In this document: one piece after another, positions 25,188 to 37,469 of the stretch | Position numbering within the stretch: position 1 is the stretch's first letter | Layout of the letters: each line of letters opens with the position of its first letter | Assembly (NCBI GenBank): GCA_965287045.1 | Contig: OZ336870.1 | Coordinates: forward strand, 164,176,001-164,240,000 | DNA length: 64,000 bases | From: Carcharhinus amblyrhynchos | Lineage: Eukaryota | Reading direction: 5' to 3' | Made by a program: the position numbers and the translations under genes | Notes under the pieces: generated by a model | Database searches by the model: none | What the model was told of the DNA's origin: nothing | The model's input: the letters and a program-made list of their open reading frames with translations, nothing else

Positions 25188-25930
25188 ATTTGATTTGATT
25201 TGATTTACTATTTGATCTGATTTATTATTGTCATATGTATTGGGATACAGTGAAAAGTATTGTTTCTTGTGTATTATACAGACAAAACATACCATTCATA
25301 GAGTACTTAAGGGAGAAGGAAAGGAGAGGGTACAGAATGTAGTGTTACAGTCATTGCTAGGGTGTAGAGAAAGAAGAACTTAATGTAAGGTAGGTCCATT
25401 CAAAAGTCTGATGGCAGCAGGGAAGAAGCTGTTCTTGAGTCAGTTGGTACATACATGATCTCCGACTTTCATATCTTTTTCCCAACGGAAGAAGGTGGAA
25501 GAGAGTATGTCTGGGTTGCTTGGGGTCCTTGATTATGCTAGTTGCTTTTCTGAGGCAGCAGGAAGTGTAGCTGAGTCTATGGATGGGTTTATGTGATAAA
25601 CTGGACTACGTTCACAATCCTTTGCAGTTTTTTTGCGGTCTTGGTCAGCGCAGGAGCCATACTAAGCTGTGATACACCTGGAAAGGACGCTTTCTATGAT
25701 GCATCTGTAAAAGTTGGCAAGAGTTGTAGCTAACGTGCCAAATTTTTTTCGCCTCCTGAGAAAGTAGAGGTATTGGTGGGCTTTCTTAACTGTAGCGTTG
25801 GCATGGAGGGACCAGGAAAGGTTGTTGGTGATTTGGACATGAAGCTCTCGACCATTTCCACTTCATCACCATTGATGTAGGAGCATGTCTTCCACTATGC
25901 TTCCTGATATCTCCTTCATTTTACTGATAT
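25188..25930 (-). mobile_element. Rex1/Babar-like LINE 3' fragment
   Basis: (tttga)n terminus; RT C-terminal region recognisable in reverse (cctcctgagaaagtagagg, gctgtgatac). Confidence 0.8.
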
Positions 25931-26339
25931 TGAGGGAAAGATTATTGCTTCTGTATGCTTTGTTAAATATCGCTTTGCAATTGATGTGGCAAATGATGAA
26001 CTCACACCCATTCCCAGCTAATCTGACACCATTCATTAATGGATTCCCCGTTTTTCTTCCAATATGCAACTGTCTCATTTGTCTAGATTAAATCTTGCAT
26101 ATTTCAGTTTAGACCACTAACCGCTGTTTCACTCTGGATGCAGCCTGACCTGTTGGGTGCTTGCAGCATTTTCTGTTGGTGTTTCCAGATGTTGGTGACC
26201 AGAAGCTTCTGTCGAAATAGTCACTTCCACTAGCTGCTGTCATTTATATTTACAGCATGCGCTGTATTTTGCCCTTATTTCACTGTGATTCCATCCATTT
26301 ATAGAGGGTTGATTACCCAGGACCTTTAGCTCCTGGCAG

Positions 26340-26470
26340 GGGGACTAGTTAGGCTAAATGCAGGGGTTTATGGGGATAGGACCTGGGTGGGATTGTGGTC
26401 AGTGCAGATTCGATGGGCCAAGTGACCTCCTCCTGCACTGCAGTGATACTGTGACTTTATGATTCTATGA
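26340..26470 (+). mobile_element. HE1 SINE 3' fragment
   Basis: gggtgggattgtggtc...tatgattctatga tail. Confidence 0.7.
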
Positions 26471-28046
26471 ATCATGGTGACCTCTTGGGTGTTAGGCAAA
26501 AAATGGGATTCTTGTTGGGAGTCAAACCTGTTGCAAGTCTCCCTGCCCTCCGTGCCTGTCCTGATCAAATTCCTGGCCACAGCAAGTGGGAACCTGATGA
26601 CTAATCATAATTGGTCATTTAAATGTTATTTTTGGGCTGGAATCCCAATTCCAGGGAATTTTCACAGTAACTTCATTGCAGTGTTAATGTTAGCCTACTT
26701 ATGACTAATAAATAAATAAGCTTTTTAAAACTTTACCACACCCTCCTGCGATGCTCATGCCCCCTCCAGTGGGATGTTCAGATATTGGTAGACATGGACC
26801 TGGAGTTTGGACTCAGAAAGGGGGTCGACTTTGTGCCCAGGTGCCTCTCTGCTACTGCCGAGCAGCAGAGGGAGGGTCCCCCAGGGGCCTGGGGAGGGAG
26901 GGGTGGGGAGGGGCGGTGGTTGATGGGCTGAGGCTGATGGAAGAGGATTGACCTCGGGACTGTAACCTATGATGGGGGTCTTGTGGTTGGATGGCCCATT
27001 GTAAAGGTAGCTGCATTCTACCGGACAGGCACTGCCAACGTTTACGGGGAAGAACTCTAGTTTTCCCTCTTGCGGAAGCACTTATAGCAAAACTGAAGAA
27101 TCGCAGCCCATAATGTTCAGTGAACTTGGCAATCTGGCTTTGATGTGAGCACTGTATCCCTCTGTTAATCTGATCATCTTGAATTACATTTCTGAGTCCA
27201 GGTTGTTCATGTAGGGAAGGTCAAATAGAGTCCCAATGCATTTCACCCATCCCAAACCACTTCCCCAACAAGCAACTAAGGCTTAATTTCTAATCCAATT
27301 TCCCAACTAACTCCAATTTTATTTAGGATATCCATTGCAATAAGCCTATGTGGGATGCTTTAATTAAAGGTATTCCAGAAGTCCACCTATACTATGTTCC
27401 AAGGCTTTCATTGTCTGTTTAGGGTGTCACTTCATTCCTGCCTTCTCATTGTGCTTGAAGCAAAGTTCAACCCATCTCCTATTTTGATGTTCTTTGTCAG
27501 GAAATCAAAGCCCTTGAGTTCCTCCAATCTGTAGTTCTTTCGACAATCGGCAGTGTATGAAAACCCAATCTTGCCATTGTCAAATCTTATCTCCCCTCCT
27601 GTTCTTTTCAACCACAGTCGTTTCATTGTAATGGGCAGAAACTTCTCAATGAAAAAGCAGGAGAAAAAAGCAGCAGCACGTAGACGCTGAAGGAAATCAG
27701 GTACACGAGTGCCTGGCAAATTTATTTCTTCACAAATTTAATGTGAACTCAAGGAAAGAAAAGCAACATTGCCAAAAGCTTCAAATTGTCTATTTCTTGT
27801 ACCTATCATTGTTCAGTGAGATGATTTGGGTCTGTTATTCGAACGAAAGGCCCAATCATCGTAAGAATGTCATTAGTTTAAAGAATTTGCTGCTCGAAAA
27901 ATTGTTGGCCAACTGTGCTGCTAAAGCCACTATGTTATTAATCAGTTCTCTTTTAGATTCTTAATCATGTTAGTTGGAATTAGTTCCAGGGATATACTTG
28001 TATTTGCAAAATCCAGGTCTAAGTCAGAACGGTGATCACTCTGTTA

Positions 28047-28357
28047 ACATAGAATCATAGAATCCCAATAGTGCAGAAAGAACACTCCCACCCAGGCCCT
28101 ATCCCCGTAACCCCACATATTTACCCCGCTAATCCCTCGAACTTACGCATCCTGGGACACTAAGGGGCAGTTTAGCATGGCCAATGCACCTAACTCGCAC
28201 ATCTTTGGACTGTGGGAGGAAACCAGAGCACCTGGAGGAAACCCACACAGACACGGGAAGAATGTGCAAACTCCACACAGACAGTGATGCAAGCCGGAAA
28301 TCAAACCCAGTCACTGGAGGTGTGAGGCATCAGTGCTAACCATTTCCTCCCTGTGCC
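28047..28357 (-). mobile_element. HE1-type V-SINE
   Basis: Head, V-domain and tail in reverse complement. Confidence 0.85.
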
Positions 28358-28439
28358 ATAATTTCAAATTGTTCTGATTTTTCAAGAGAACTGCAGCGTT
28401 CATCCAAAGGACTCAGTTCCAGTATCGCATGAGCATTAG

Positions 28440-28990
28440 TCTTTGCTGTGTTAAACCTGTGAAAAGGGATTTATCTAAAGGAAGTTGTGGTTTTGATTGG
28501 AACATCTCAGATATATTTGTTAAGGGTTGTACATTGTTGTTGTTTTGTAGCTGATAAAAGTTGTTAATTTTGTGTCCATACATGTGAACTATATTCTTAA
28601 ATAAACTTTGTTCGATAAAAGCTCCCTACTGGGTCATTTGAGCCATACCTGAAGTGAAGCATATCATGCTTAAATTAGCCAAATTCAAGATGCAAAACTT
28701 ATGATCCATGCAGGCTCCACAAAATATTGTGGAATTTCTGACCTGAATCATAACAAACTCTAAGATATATTAGGAAGTTAGCTGAGACCACAACTTTTTG
28801 ATTCTGGCATTAGTGTGAAGATACGGTGTTTCACTCCAGGTGTGATTCTATTGACCCACTAGGATGCTTTTAACGAAAGAATTTTTATTTAACTATACAG
28901 TTTAACCATGACAAAAATAATTCTTACCAGCTGAAATACTTATAACATGAGGAGATATAAATTTTAACAGAAAATGCTAGAAGAATTAAA
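28440..28990. mobile_element. Two oppositely oriented LTR-like fragments
   Basis: 28588-28661 and 28827-28902 are diverged reverse complements; both resemble 56583-56658. Confidence 0.5.
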
Positions 28991-29424
28991 AATGCTTCTA
29001 ATTCTTAGGTAATTATATATGGATACTCACCCTGATCCCCCAAGGATCTCCCCCCTCAAGTACTCTCTTGACTCCCTAACTACCATCTCTGAATCCCAGA
29101 TTGGGCCCCAATCCCTGACTACCCCATTACCATGTTTCCCCCCCTCCCCCACCCATGACTACACCCATGCCCCATTATCCTCCAGACCATCCTACCGACC
29201 ACACAACCCCCTTCCACAGACCACCCAACCCACCCCCAGCAACCAGCTGATTTTCCCTTTTTGACCACAATTCCCACCCCACTTCAACGATCACTTCCCC
29301 ACAAGCCAACTGATATTAAACCACCCCCCTCTCCCCACCAACCAACCTCCCTCGCAACTCTCCTGATCCAATTACACGCTTTCTCCCTGGTCTCTCAGAG
29401 TAGCTGGGCCTTCCAACCTATCAG

Positions 29425-29771
29425 CTTTTTAAAAAAAAAAATTTGTCGGACATGGGCGTCACTGGCTGGCCAGCATTTATTGGCCATCTCTAATTGCCCT
29501 TGGAGGACACATTGCTATGGCTCTGGAATCACATGTAGGCCACACCAGGTTAGGACGACAGATTTCCTTCGCTGAAGGACATTAGGGAACCAGATGGGTT
29601 TTTCCTGACAATCAACAATGGTCATCTGTAGATTCTTAATTCCAGATTTTTTTTTATTGAATTCAAATTCCACCACCTGCCCTGGTGGGATTCGAACCTG
29701 GGTCCCCAGAACATTAGCTGAACTTCTGGATTAATAGTCTAGTGATAATACCACCATGCCGTCACCTTCCC
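29425..29771 (-). mobile_element. tRNA-derived SINE family C, near full length
   Basis: Reverse complement shows A box (ggcatggtggta) and B box (ggttcgaatccc); 3' tail shared with LINE family 2; poly-A end. Confidence 0.75.
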
Positions 29772-30219
29772 TAAGTGCTGGAAAAGAGACTGTGTGATTT
29801 CCTCGTCTCTGGTGCACTCAACTGAAGGGCTTTGGAAGGTACTAGATTGCTGCTTTCTCGCCTTGCCAGAGTCAGAAGGTCAGGCGAGAGAGGTAGAACG
29901 GCACTGCAGTGAAAGTAAGTAGGTGCAAAGTGGCAGTCTGTTTGTGATTGCCGCTCCATGGAAATCCTGGACCTTCATGTTAATAATGGAGTGCAGACTG
30001 TCGAATGGAATGCTAATGATTGGCACACTCCTCATTTATCTCAATCAGTTCAGTGTAAATCAGGACAGTGCTTCAAGGAGGCAATGACTTCCTGGTCAAG
30101 CATTGTGTTTACTAATCAATTTTCCTGTTTGGGAAAACTTAAATTTTGTCTTGAAATCAACTATTCAGGTGATTTAGTTGGTAAATGCACCATCTAATGT
30201 GGAATTAATATAACCTAAT

Positions 30220-30540
30220 GGGGTGGCACAGTGTTAGCACTGCTGCCTCACACTGCCAGGGACCCTAATTCAATTCTGGTCTTGGGTCACTGTCTGTGTG
30301 GAGTTTGCAATTTCTCCCCATGTCTGTGCAGGTTTCCTCCGGGTTCACTCCAGGTTCCTTCCACAGTCCAAAGATGTGCGGGTTAGGTTGATTGGCCATT
30401 CTCAATTGACCCTAGTATGTGGACGAGTAGCAGGTTTAAATGTATGGGGTTACGGGAATAGGGCCTGGGTGGGATTGTGGTTGGTTCAGACTCGATGGGC
30501 TGAATGGCCTCCTTCTGCACTGTTGAGATTCTATGATCCT
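30220..30540 (+). mobile_element. HE1-type V-SINE
   Basis: Full-length copy. Confidence 0.85.
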
Positions 30541-30789
30541 GTAAACTAATGCAAACAGCTCATAATGAGCCCACAATTGATCCTTTGAACATAAAGTTCC
30601 CCGCAATAATGTTGTTAGCAAAGGCACAACCCCTGCCCCATTCACACCTCCCAGGTTGAGGGGCTGTCTCTGTGCCTATGTGCCCACCATCTCTCCTCCA
30701 TACTCGACCCTCAATCCCTCAGTGCTCTGCAACTTTGTCCCAAACTGCACCCCCCGCATTCATCCTGCTAATTCTCCTGACACTATTCA

Positions 30790-31520
30790 ATTTAATTCCA
30801 TTCAACCTTATTGTCACTGTATAGTGCACAAATACAAATACAACGAAAAGTGAGCTTGCAGGCTCCCAAGATACAAAGAAAAAGTAAATGCAAGTTTGTC
30901 ATTATAAAATCGTGCCAACAGTCATTAAGTGCGTACATGCATATTGCACAATACCCATCGCCTTGGAATATGTTAAAGGACGGAGTTCAGTTGGGTAACA
31001 GCTCTGGGGAAGAAGCAGTTCCTGAACTTGGCCGTATGGGGTCAAATGCATCTGTAGCGCCTCCCAGATGGCAGGAGGACAGTCTGTGGCTGGGATGGGT
31101 TGGATCTCTGGTGATGCTGAGAGATCTCCGCTGATAGTGTTTGTGATAAATGTCCTGGACGGCTGGTAGCTGGATGCTGATGGTGTGTATTAGGCAGCTT
31201 TGACTACCCGCTGCTGTGCTTTCTGATCAGAAACTGCCCAACCACACCGTAATGCTGTTCGACAAGATGCACACGATTGTGCACATTTGAGAGTAGCTGG
31301 GGGGCTCTCTTTAGCCTCCTCAGGGGCAATTTAGCACGGCCAATCAACCTAACCTGCACATCTTTTGTGTGTCGGAGGGAACCGGACCACCCAAAGGAAA
31401 CTTGCATAAATACAAGAATGTGCAGACTCTGCACAGACAGTGACCCAAGCCAGGAATCGAACCCGGATCCCTAGGGTTGTGAGGCAGCAGTGCTAACCAT
31501 TGTGCCACTGTGCTGCCCCC
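30790..31520 (-). mobile_element. Diverged Rex1-like LINE fragment joined to the 5' part of a V-SINE (31322-31520)
   Basis: ttattgtcac...ggggaagaagcagttcctga...gcctcctcagg pattern, then V-domain and head in reverse. Confidence 0.65.
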
Positions 31521-31708
31521 AATTTTGTTGCCAATTTTCTGCCTACTGGTGTATATAGCTTGTATTCATGGACATTGAAGTAACTGGCATGCTGTAGTCA
31601 GCATGATGCAAGGTCAGAAAATTTTAACAGAAATCAAGGGCAGTAGCAGCTAGAAGAACAAAATAAATCAGAAGGCCTGAGATAAGAGAGAAAGAAGAAA
31701 TGAGTACA

Positions 31709-32024
31709 ATCATAGAATCCCTACAGTGCAGAAAGAGACCATTCGGCTCATCAAGCCTGCACCGACAATGATCCCATCCAGGCCCTATCCCTCTAAGCTC
31801 ATTTATTTACCCTGCTAATTCCCTGACACTAATGGACAATTTTAGCGTGGCCAATCCATCTAACCCACACATCTTTGGACAGTGGGAGAAAACCGCAACA
31901 CCTGGAGGAAGCCCAGGCAGACATGGGGAGAAAGTGCAAACTCCGCACAGACAGTGACCCAAACGGAATCAATTCCGAGTCCCTGACACTGTGAGGCAAC
32001 AGTGCTGTAACCACTCTGCCGCCC
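31709..32024 (-). mobile_element. HE1-type V-SINE
   Basis: Full-length copy in reverse complement. Confidence 0.85.
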
Positions 32025-32399
32025 TTAAATACAAGTAGACCACAGCGGAAATGATGAAATGGAAGAGTGAGAGCCGATGCAGGGAGCTAAGAAGGAAATA
32101 AAGGAGCAAAAGGGGAATGGCTGAAGGCTGGCTGGGAATAAAAAAAGAGTTGGATTGGACTGACTGGAAATTGCTAAATTATGGAGAGTTATTATAACAT
32201 AATATCATTGCTGAAAGTATTTCAGGAGGCATTTTTCAGTTATGCGTGGTTCATATAAAGGAAGTGTTGATCTCTCTTCTATTTGATAGCTGGGAAATTC
32301 AAGATAGTTTGCTTAACAAACACAAGGTGGGGCCAATTTTACTGTCTGCTATGCAAAAGGAAGAAGGAACATGTATTTATATATTTATAGAGTACAGCT

Positions 32400-34165
32400 T
32401 ACAATCTTCATGTGCCCCAATATGCTTGACAGGTAATGAAGTACTTTTGAATTGTAGCCACTGTTATAATGTCAGAAATATGACAATCAATTTGCGCACA
32501 GCAAGGTTCCACTAGCAGCTGTTAAATACAGACCAGATCATTTATTTTGGTGACGTTGATCGAAAATATCAGCTAGACATCAAGGAGAATCCCTCTGCTC
32601 CATTGAAATGGTGCCATGGGATACTTTACATCTGCCTGAGAGAGAAGAAAGCCCTCTGTTTAACATCTTATCAGAAAGACGGCACTCCTGACAGTGCTGC
32701 ACTCCAGCAGTATTATGCTGAGTTTTGGTTTTGATTTGATTTATTGTTGTCACATGTATTAGTATACAGTGACATGTATTATTTCTTGCGCTATACAGAC
32801 AAAGCATACCATTCATAGACTACATAGGGGAGAAGGAAAGGATGTAGAATGTAATGTTACAGTCATAGTGAGGGTGTAGAGAAAGATCGGTTTAATATAA
32901 GATAAGTCCATTCAAAAGTCTGATGGCAGCAGAGAGGAAGCTGTTCTTGAGTGCTGGAGCATCAGCCGTGATATTGGACAAAGCTTTATAAGATTGATTC
33001 TAAGTGTCCAGCTAGCGTGAAAATTAGGAGATTTCCTGATCCATTTTTTGGGTGGGTTTTCATGCCCAATCCTATGTACTTAATCATTGACAAAATGGTC
33101 TAGACTATTTCTAGCTGTCGTAGGCAGTGGGTTGGACTTAATTCGTCAGCCAGCCAGCAGAGGGAGCTAACGTGCATGTGCAGACCTCTGATTCTGCACG
33201 TGTGTAATTGTAACTGATGAGGTCTGATAAACAGAGCTGTCAGGCCACTGCACTGCAGGCAGCCTCAACCAGCTGCCCACCCCCAATCACCAGGCCCACA
33301 GTCGATCCCGAGTCCCATAACACGTGGTCATCTAGCCCCCGCCGCCCAGACCGATCAGGCTACCCTCCTCTGCCTGATCCAAGCGCAACTGCAGAGTGGC
33401 AGCAGGCACCACCCCCCCCGCCCAAATCCAGTTGCAGAGTTTACAGCGGGCCATCACCACCCCCCCCCACCCCCCCCACCCCCCCCGCCCCGATCCAATC
33501 CAGTTGCAGAGTGTGCAGCAAGCCCCTCTGATCCAGAGTGAACAAGAGGCCCCTCCTCCCCCTGATTGGGTAACCCCTTCATGCACCGGCCCTCCATAGA
33601 CCCTGCCCCTGGCACTGTCTGGTGGGCAGTGCCGAGGTGCCTGCTGGGCATTGCCCAGGTGCCAGGCTGGCAATGCCTAGGTGCCCAGGTGGCACTGCCC
33701 AATGTACAGCCCCCTTGCCCTTGGCCAACCCGGGGAGGGGGGGAACCTCAATGTCCTCCAGTTCCATCAGCGAGGCCAACAGGACCGTTCCCCGCTATTT
33801 TCCTCGCTAGAGAGAACCTCTCCGGGTGAGGCCATAAAGGCAAGTGAGTCCGGATGATTGAGCGTTGAGCTAGCTAATCACATGGAAATGAACATTTAAA
33901 TATATTTGAATAAATTATTCAGCTCTTGCCCATATCCGGAGTGAGGCTGTCCGCGCTGGAAATCCGGCTCTCATAAAATTGCAAGAGCCGAGAAATCGGC
34001 TGTGATCCTCATTGTTCGGCACTCACGTGACTTCACTGGTTCACTCCACCCTTCGATGGGCAGGGTGAGCCAATAAAATTCCACCCATTGTGTTCAAGAT
34101 TTTGGAGTGAGATTTGAACTCACAACTTTTTGACTTGGTGGTGAGATTCCTCCCACAGTGCGCTG
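32400..34165 (-). mobile_element. Deu-domain SINE split by a Rex1 3' end (~32725-32952) and a ~1.1 kb GC-rich non-autonomous element (~32980-34086)
   Basis: Deu block at 32400-32720 continues at ~32951-32975, and the tRNA head lies at ~34090-34165. Confidence 0.6.
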
Positions 34166-34381
34166 TCTAACAAGTGAGTTGCTTCCTATGTTTTTAGGCC
34201 CCAGGCCTTTGAACCATGCTCCTTGATTCTGGAAACTCACAGGTCATTAATCTGCCAGTTTTCCACAACCTTAGGGCCTTCACCTACTTCCCCCAGACTT
34301 TGTTAGCTCTTCAAATCAAGACTCTGAGAAGCACATCTCAACAACATCTATCTAGGCCCCTTCTTATTGTCAAACCCACAC

Positions 34382-34508
34382 AGGGCGGGATTTTATGGCC
34401 TTGCTGGTCCCAAAACTATAAAATCCTGCCTGAGATCAATGGACCTTTCCACGGTCAGTCCCTTGCCTGCTCCGAATCCATGGTGGGAGGAATGGTAAAA
34501 TTCCAGCC
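34382..34508. mobile_element. ~130-bp MITE-like element with imperfect terminal inverted repeats
   Basis: gggcgggatttt...aaaattccagcc termini; related copies at ~130-228, 17778-17926, 23086-23211, 51750-51845, 59069-59204 and 60151-60278. Confidence 0.6.
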
Positions 34509-34914
34509 ATAGTGTTTATCAGTCAATATGATTGGTACTACTTGGGTAGAATTTTAAGGATGGTGAGTGATTGGCCCTTACCTGCCCAAGAGTTGGTGCC
34601 TAATGCACAGCTGTTGACTCTTGAACTCCCACTCGTTCGAACGCTGATTGACAGTGGGCGAGACTTTCTATGGCCTTGGAAGGCTAGTCAACAGCTTTTC
34701 AAGCCGGCCAGGCACAGAGCTGCAGTGGCCAGAAGCAGTTACATTGCCGAGAGTCGTGTAGACTGAAGACAATGTCCATTCCTTGGGCCTCCAGAGTTTA
34801 CATTCCATTGTGAACAAATGACACGTCTTTTGATACACTGCAGTTACAAACAATGTTACATACTCTTCATATTATAACCCAATCCCGCAGACACTAAAAC
34901 CATTCAGAACAAAT

Positions 34915-35200
34915 GGGCGATATGGTAGCACAGTGGTTAGCACTGCTGCTTCACAGCGCCAGTGACCTGTGTTCAATTCCCAGCTTGGATCACTGTCTGT
35001 GTGAAATTTGCACATTCTCCCCATGTCTGCATGGGTTCCTGTGGGTGCTCCAGTTTTGTCCCACAGTCCAAAGACATGCTGATTAGATGCATGGACCTGA
35101 ACAGGTGCTGGACTGTGGTGACTAGGGGAATTTCACAGTAACTTCACTGCAGCGTTAATGTAAACCTTACTTATGACTAATATATAAATTTTTAATTTAA
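34915..35200 (+). mobile_element. V-SINE, tail type B
   Basis: Full-length copy. Confidence 0.85.
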
Positions 35201-35237
35201 CAAATGTTAATAAAACTTTCTACTATAATTTTTTGGT

Positions 35238-35498
35238 TACAAGTAAGGCAATTAACATTGCAATGAAGTTACCGTGAAATTTCCCTAGTCACCACACTCT
35301 GGTGCCTGTTTGGGTCAATACAGCTAACCAGCATTTCTTTCAGACTGCGGAAGGAAACAGGAGCACCCGGAGCAAACCCACACAGACACAAGGAAGAACA
35401 TACAAACTCCACACAAACAGTGGCCCAAGCCGGGAATCGAACCCTAGTCCCTGATGTTGTGAGGCAGCAGTGCTAACCGCTGTGTCAACGTGCAGCCC
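35238..35498 (-). mobile_element. V-SINE, tail type B
   Basis: Inverted relative to the neighbouring copy. Confidence 0.85.
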
Positions 35499-36203
35499 AT
35501 AATGTCAAAAAGAAAGAAAAGTTTCCCTCTAAGACAAACATTCTGCCCTACAACTGGGGTTAATCAATTTAATCAATGTTTAGGTTTTATTTAAGGGCAG
35601 TGTTATCCTAAGTAAACTACCTTTTAGTCATTCCTTCAAAGCTGATGAAGAAGTGCCCACAATACATCCAAAACAATATGCACCACTTAAAGTGTTGTTG
35701 AAGTTGTTACAAGATCAATTCTGAAGCACCCTAGCCCTGAATTTTGAATTTCCCAGCCATTGGAACTTGTTTCCAAACTTATCAAGGTCACTGAGAAGAG
35801 TGCACTGTGCACAGAGCTTTTTCAGTGAAACTGACAAGCTGTGAATACTTTGATCAGTTATGTTGAAGAGCTCAAGCTCTTCATTGAGAGGGAACTGATC
35901 AAAGCTCTTCTCTCAGCGAGTGCAGCTGCTACTTGACAGGTAGCCGTCGGTTGTTTGGAAGCCACTTTGCCTGTCTAGCCCTTCACACACCTTCAGGCAC
36001 ACTTCCCTGCTGCCAGATTTCACTGCAATGTTTGAGCACCTTTCAGCTCTGCTGACTGTCAACAGCAGAGGCCCAACCGTCCCAAGGAGGTCAGGATCAC
36101 CAACAAAGGTTCGACATGCAGGAAATCAGCTTTCTCAATCCATCCGAGCATCAGGGCTTCATGGAGCTCAGGCTCTTGCAGCAGGTTGTTGTTGATTTCT
36201 GCT

Positions 36204-36378
36204 GCCAATCAGCCTGACCCGCATGTCTATTGAATGGGAGGACACCGGGGCACCAGGGGGAAACCCATGCAGACACGGGGAGAAGGTGCCAACTCCACAC
36301 AGACCGTGCCTGAGGCCAGAATTGAACTTGGGTCCCTGGCGCCGTGAGCCAGCAATGCTAATCACTTGTACCAACGTG
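36204..36378 (-). mobile_element. V-SINE 5' part
   Basis: Head and V-domain only. Confidence 0.75.
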
Positions 36379-36429
36379 ATGTCCGACCGTTCAGAGAATC
36401 AGGTTCCAGACCCAAAGCTGTTTAGCCAA

Positions 36430-36735
36430 GGGTGGCACAGTTGTACAGTGGTTAGCACTGCTATCTTACAGCCCCAGAGACCTGAGTTCAATTCCTGGCT
36501 TGGCTCATTGTCTGTGTGGGGTTTGCACGTTCTCCCTGTGTCTGTGCAGGTTTCCTCCGGGTGCTCCGGTTTCCTACCACAGCTCAAAAGATGTCTTGGT
36601 TAGGTGGATTGACCATGCTACATTCTCCCTCAGTGTACGCGAACAGACTTTGGAGTGTGGTGACTCGGGGATTATTCACAGTAACCTCATTGCAACGTAC
36701 TTGTGGCAATAATAAATAAGCTTTAAAAAAACTTT
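36430..36735 (+). mobile_element. V-SINE, tail type B
   Basis: Full-length copy. Confidence 0.85.
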
Positions 36736-37455
36736 TAACGTTCCCTTCCATGTGTCCGGAAGGAGCAATGTTCGAGGATGGGGTTGGGGGGTGTTGTGGA
36801 TCGTTGTAATGTAAATACTTGCTTTAGTGTGTGATTCTCAGGGCTGCCAATGACATGACAAGTTGAGCTGCCGTAGATCAATGGGCTTTCATTTGCCCGT
36901 GGGTACATCAAATCCACAGGGAAGCATTTTGCTGTGAGCGGCCAGTCAGTCTGATTTAGTGGTCACTTAACAACTACTAAAAACATCGTTTCTCACATTG
37001 TGGAAATGCAGCAGTGACAGAGGGACGAGGAAAGCACAAAAGGATCTGGAGACGGGCAAAGGGGATACATCAAATGAAGGGCTACATTTGAAAAATTAGT
37101 GCCTCAACTCTTCACATGAAACAATTCATTATATTCTTGTTGTAAGACATGTAAACACTGGTGTAAAGCACCTTTACTGAAAAGCCAGTAGTCTTTCAGT
37201 CAGCACAGTAAGTAAGGACTGCTAAAATATGGACAGGAAATATTTATATTTTAAGATTTGCTGGTATCATGTGGTTATCAATCCTGATCTACCACAGTTT
37301 AAAATAAAGAACTGAAGTTTGCTGCTTTTCGAAGACTAGCACTTTATTTTCTTTTATCTCCTTACTTTCCACAATGACGATATGATCTCTCTCTCTCTCT
37401 CTCTCGAGTTCACCGACTGAAAGAATGATTCGTTTATCATTTCTCTTAAGCTTGT

Positions 37456-37469
37456 GTTCCCATGGTAAC
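37456..37469. promoter_or_regulatory. Canonical RFX X-box GTTCCCATGGTAAC
   Basis: Exact fit to GTTNCCATGGNAAC in non-repeat DNA. Motif match only. Confidence 0.4.

Noticed and set aside
34581-34853. Minus-strand exon-like segment ending at CAG|GTAAGG
   Set aside because: All frames checked contain stops, and the phase is incompatible with the 27432-27690 candidate; not called coding.
34915-34990. tRNA-like sequences at SINE heads
   Set aside because: Only A/B boxes, followed by SINE bodies; no complete cloverleaf, so no tRNA genes are called.
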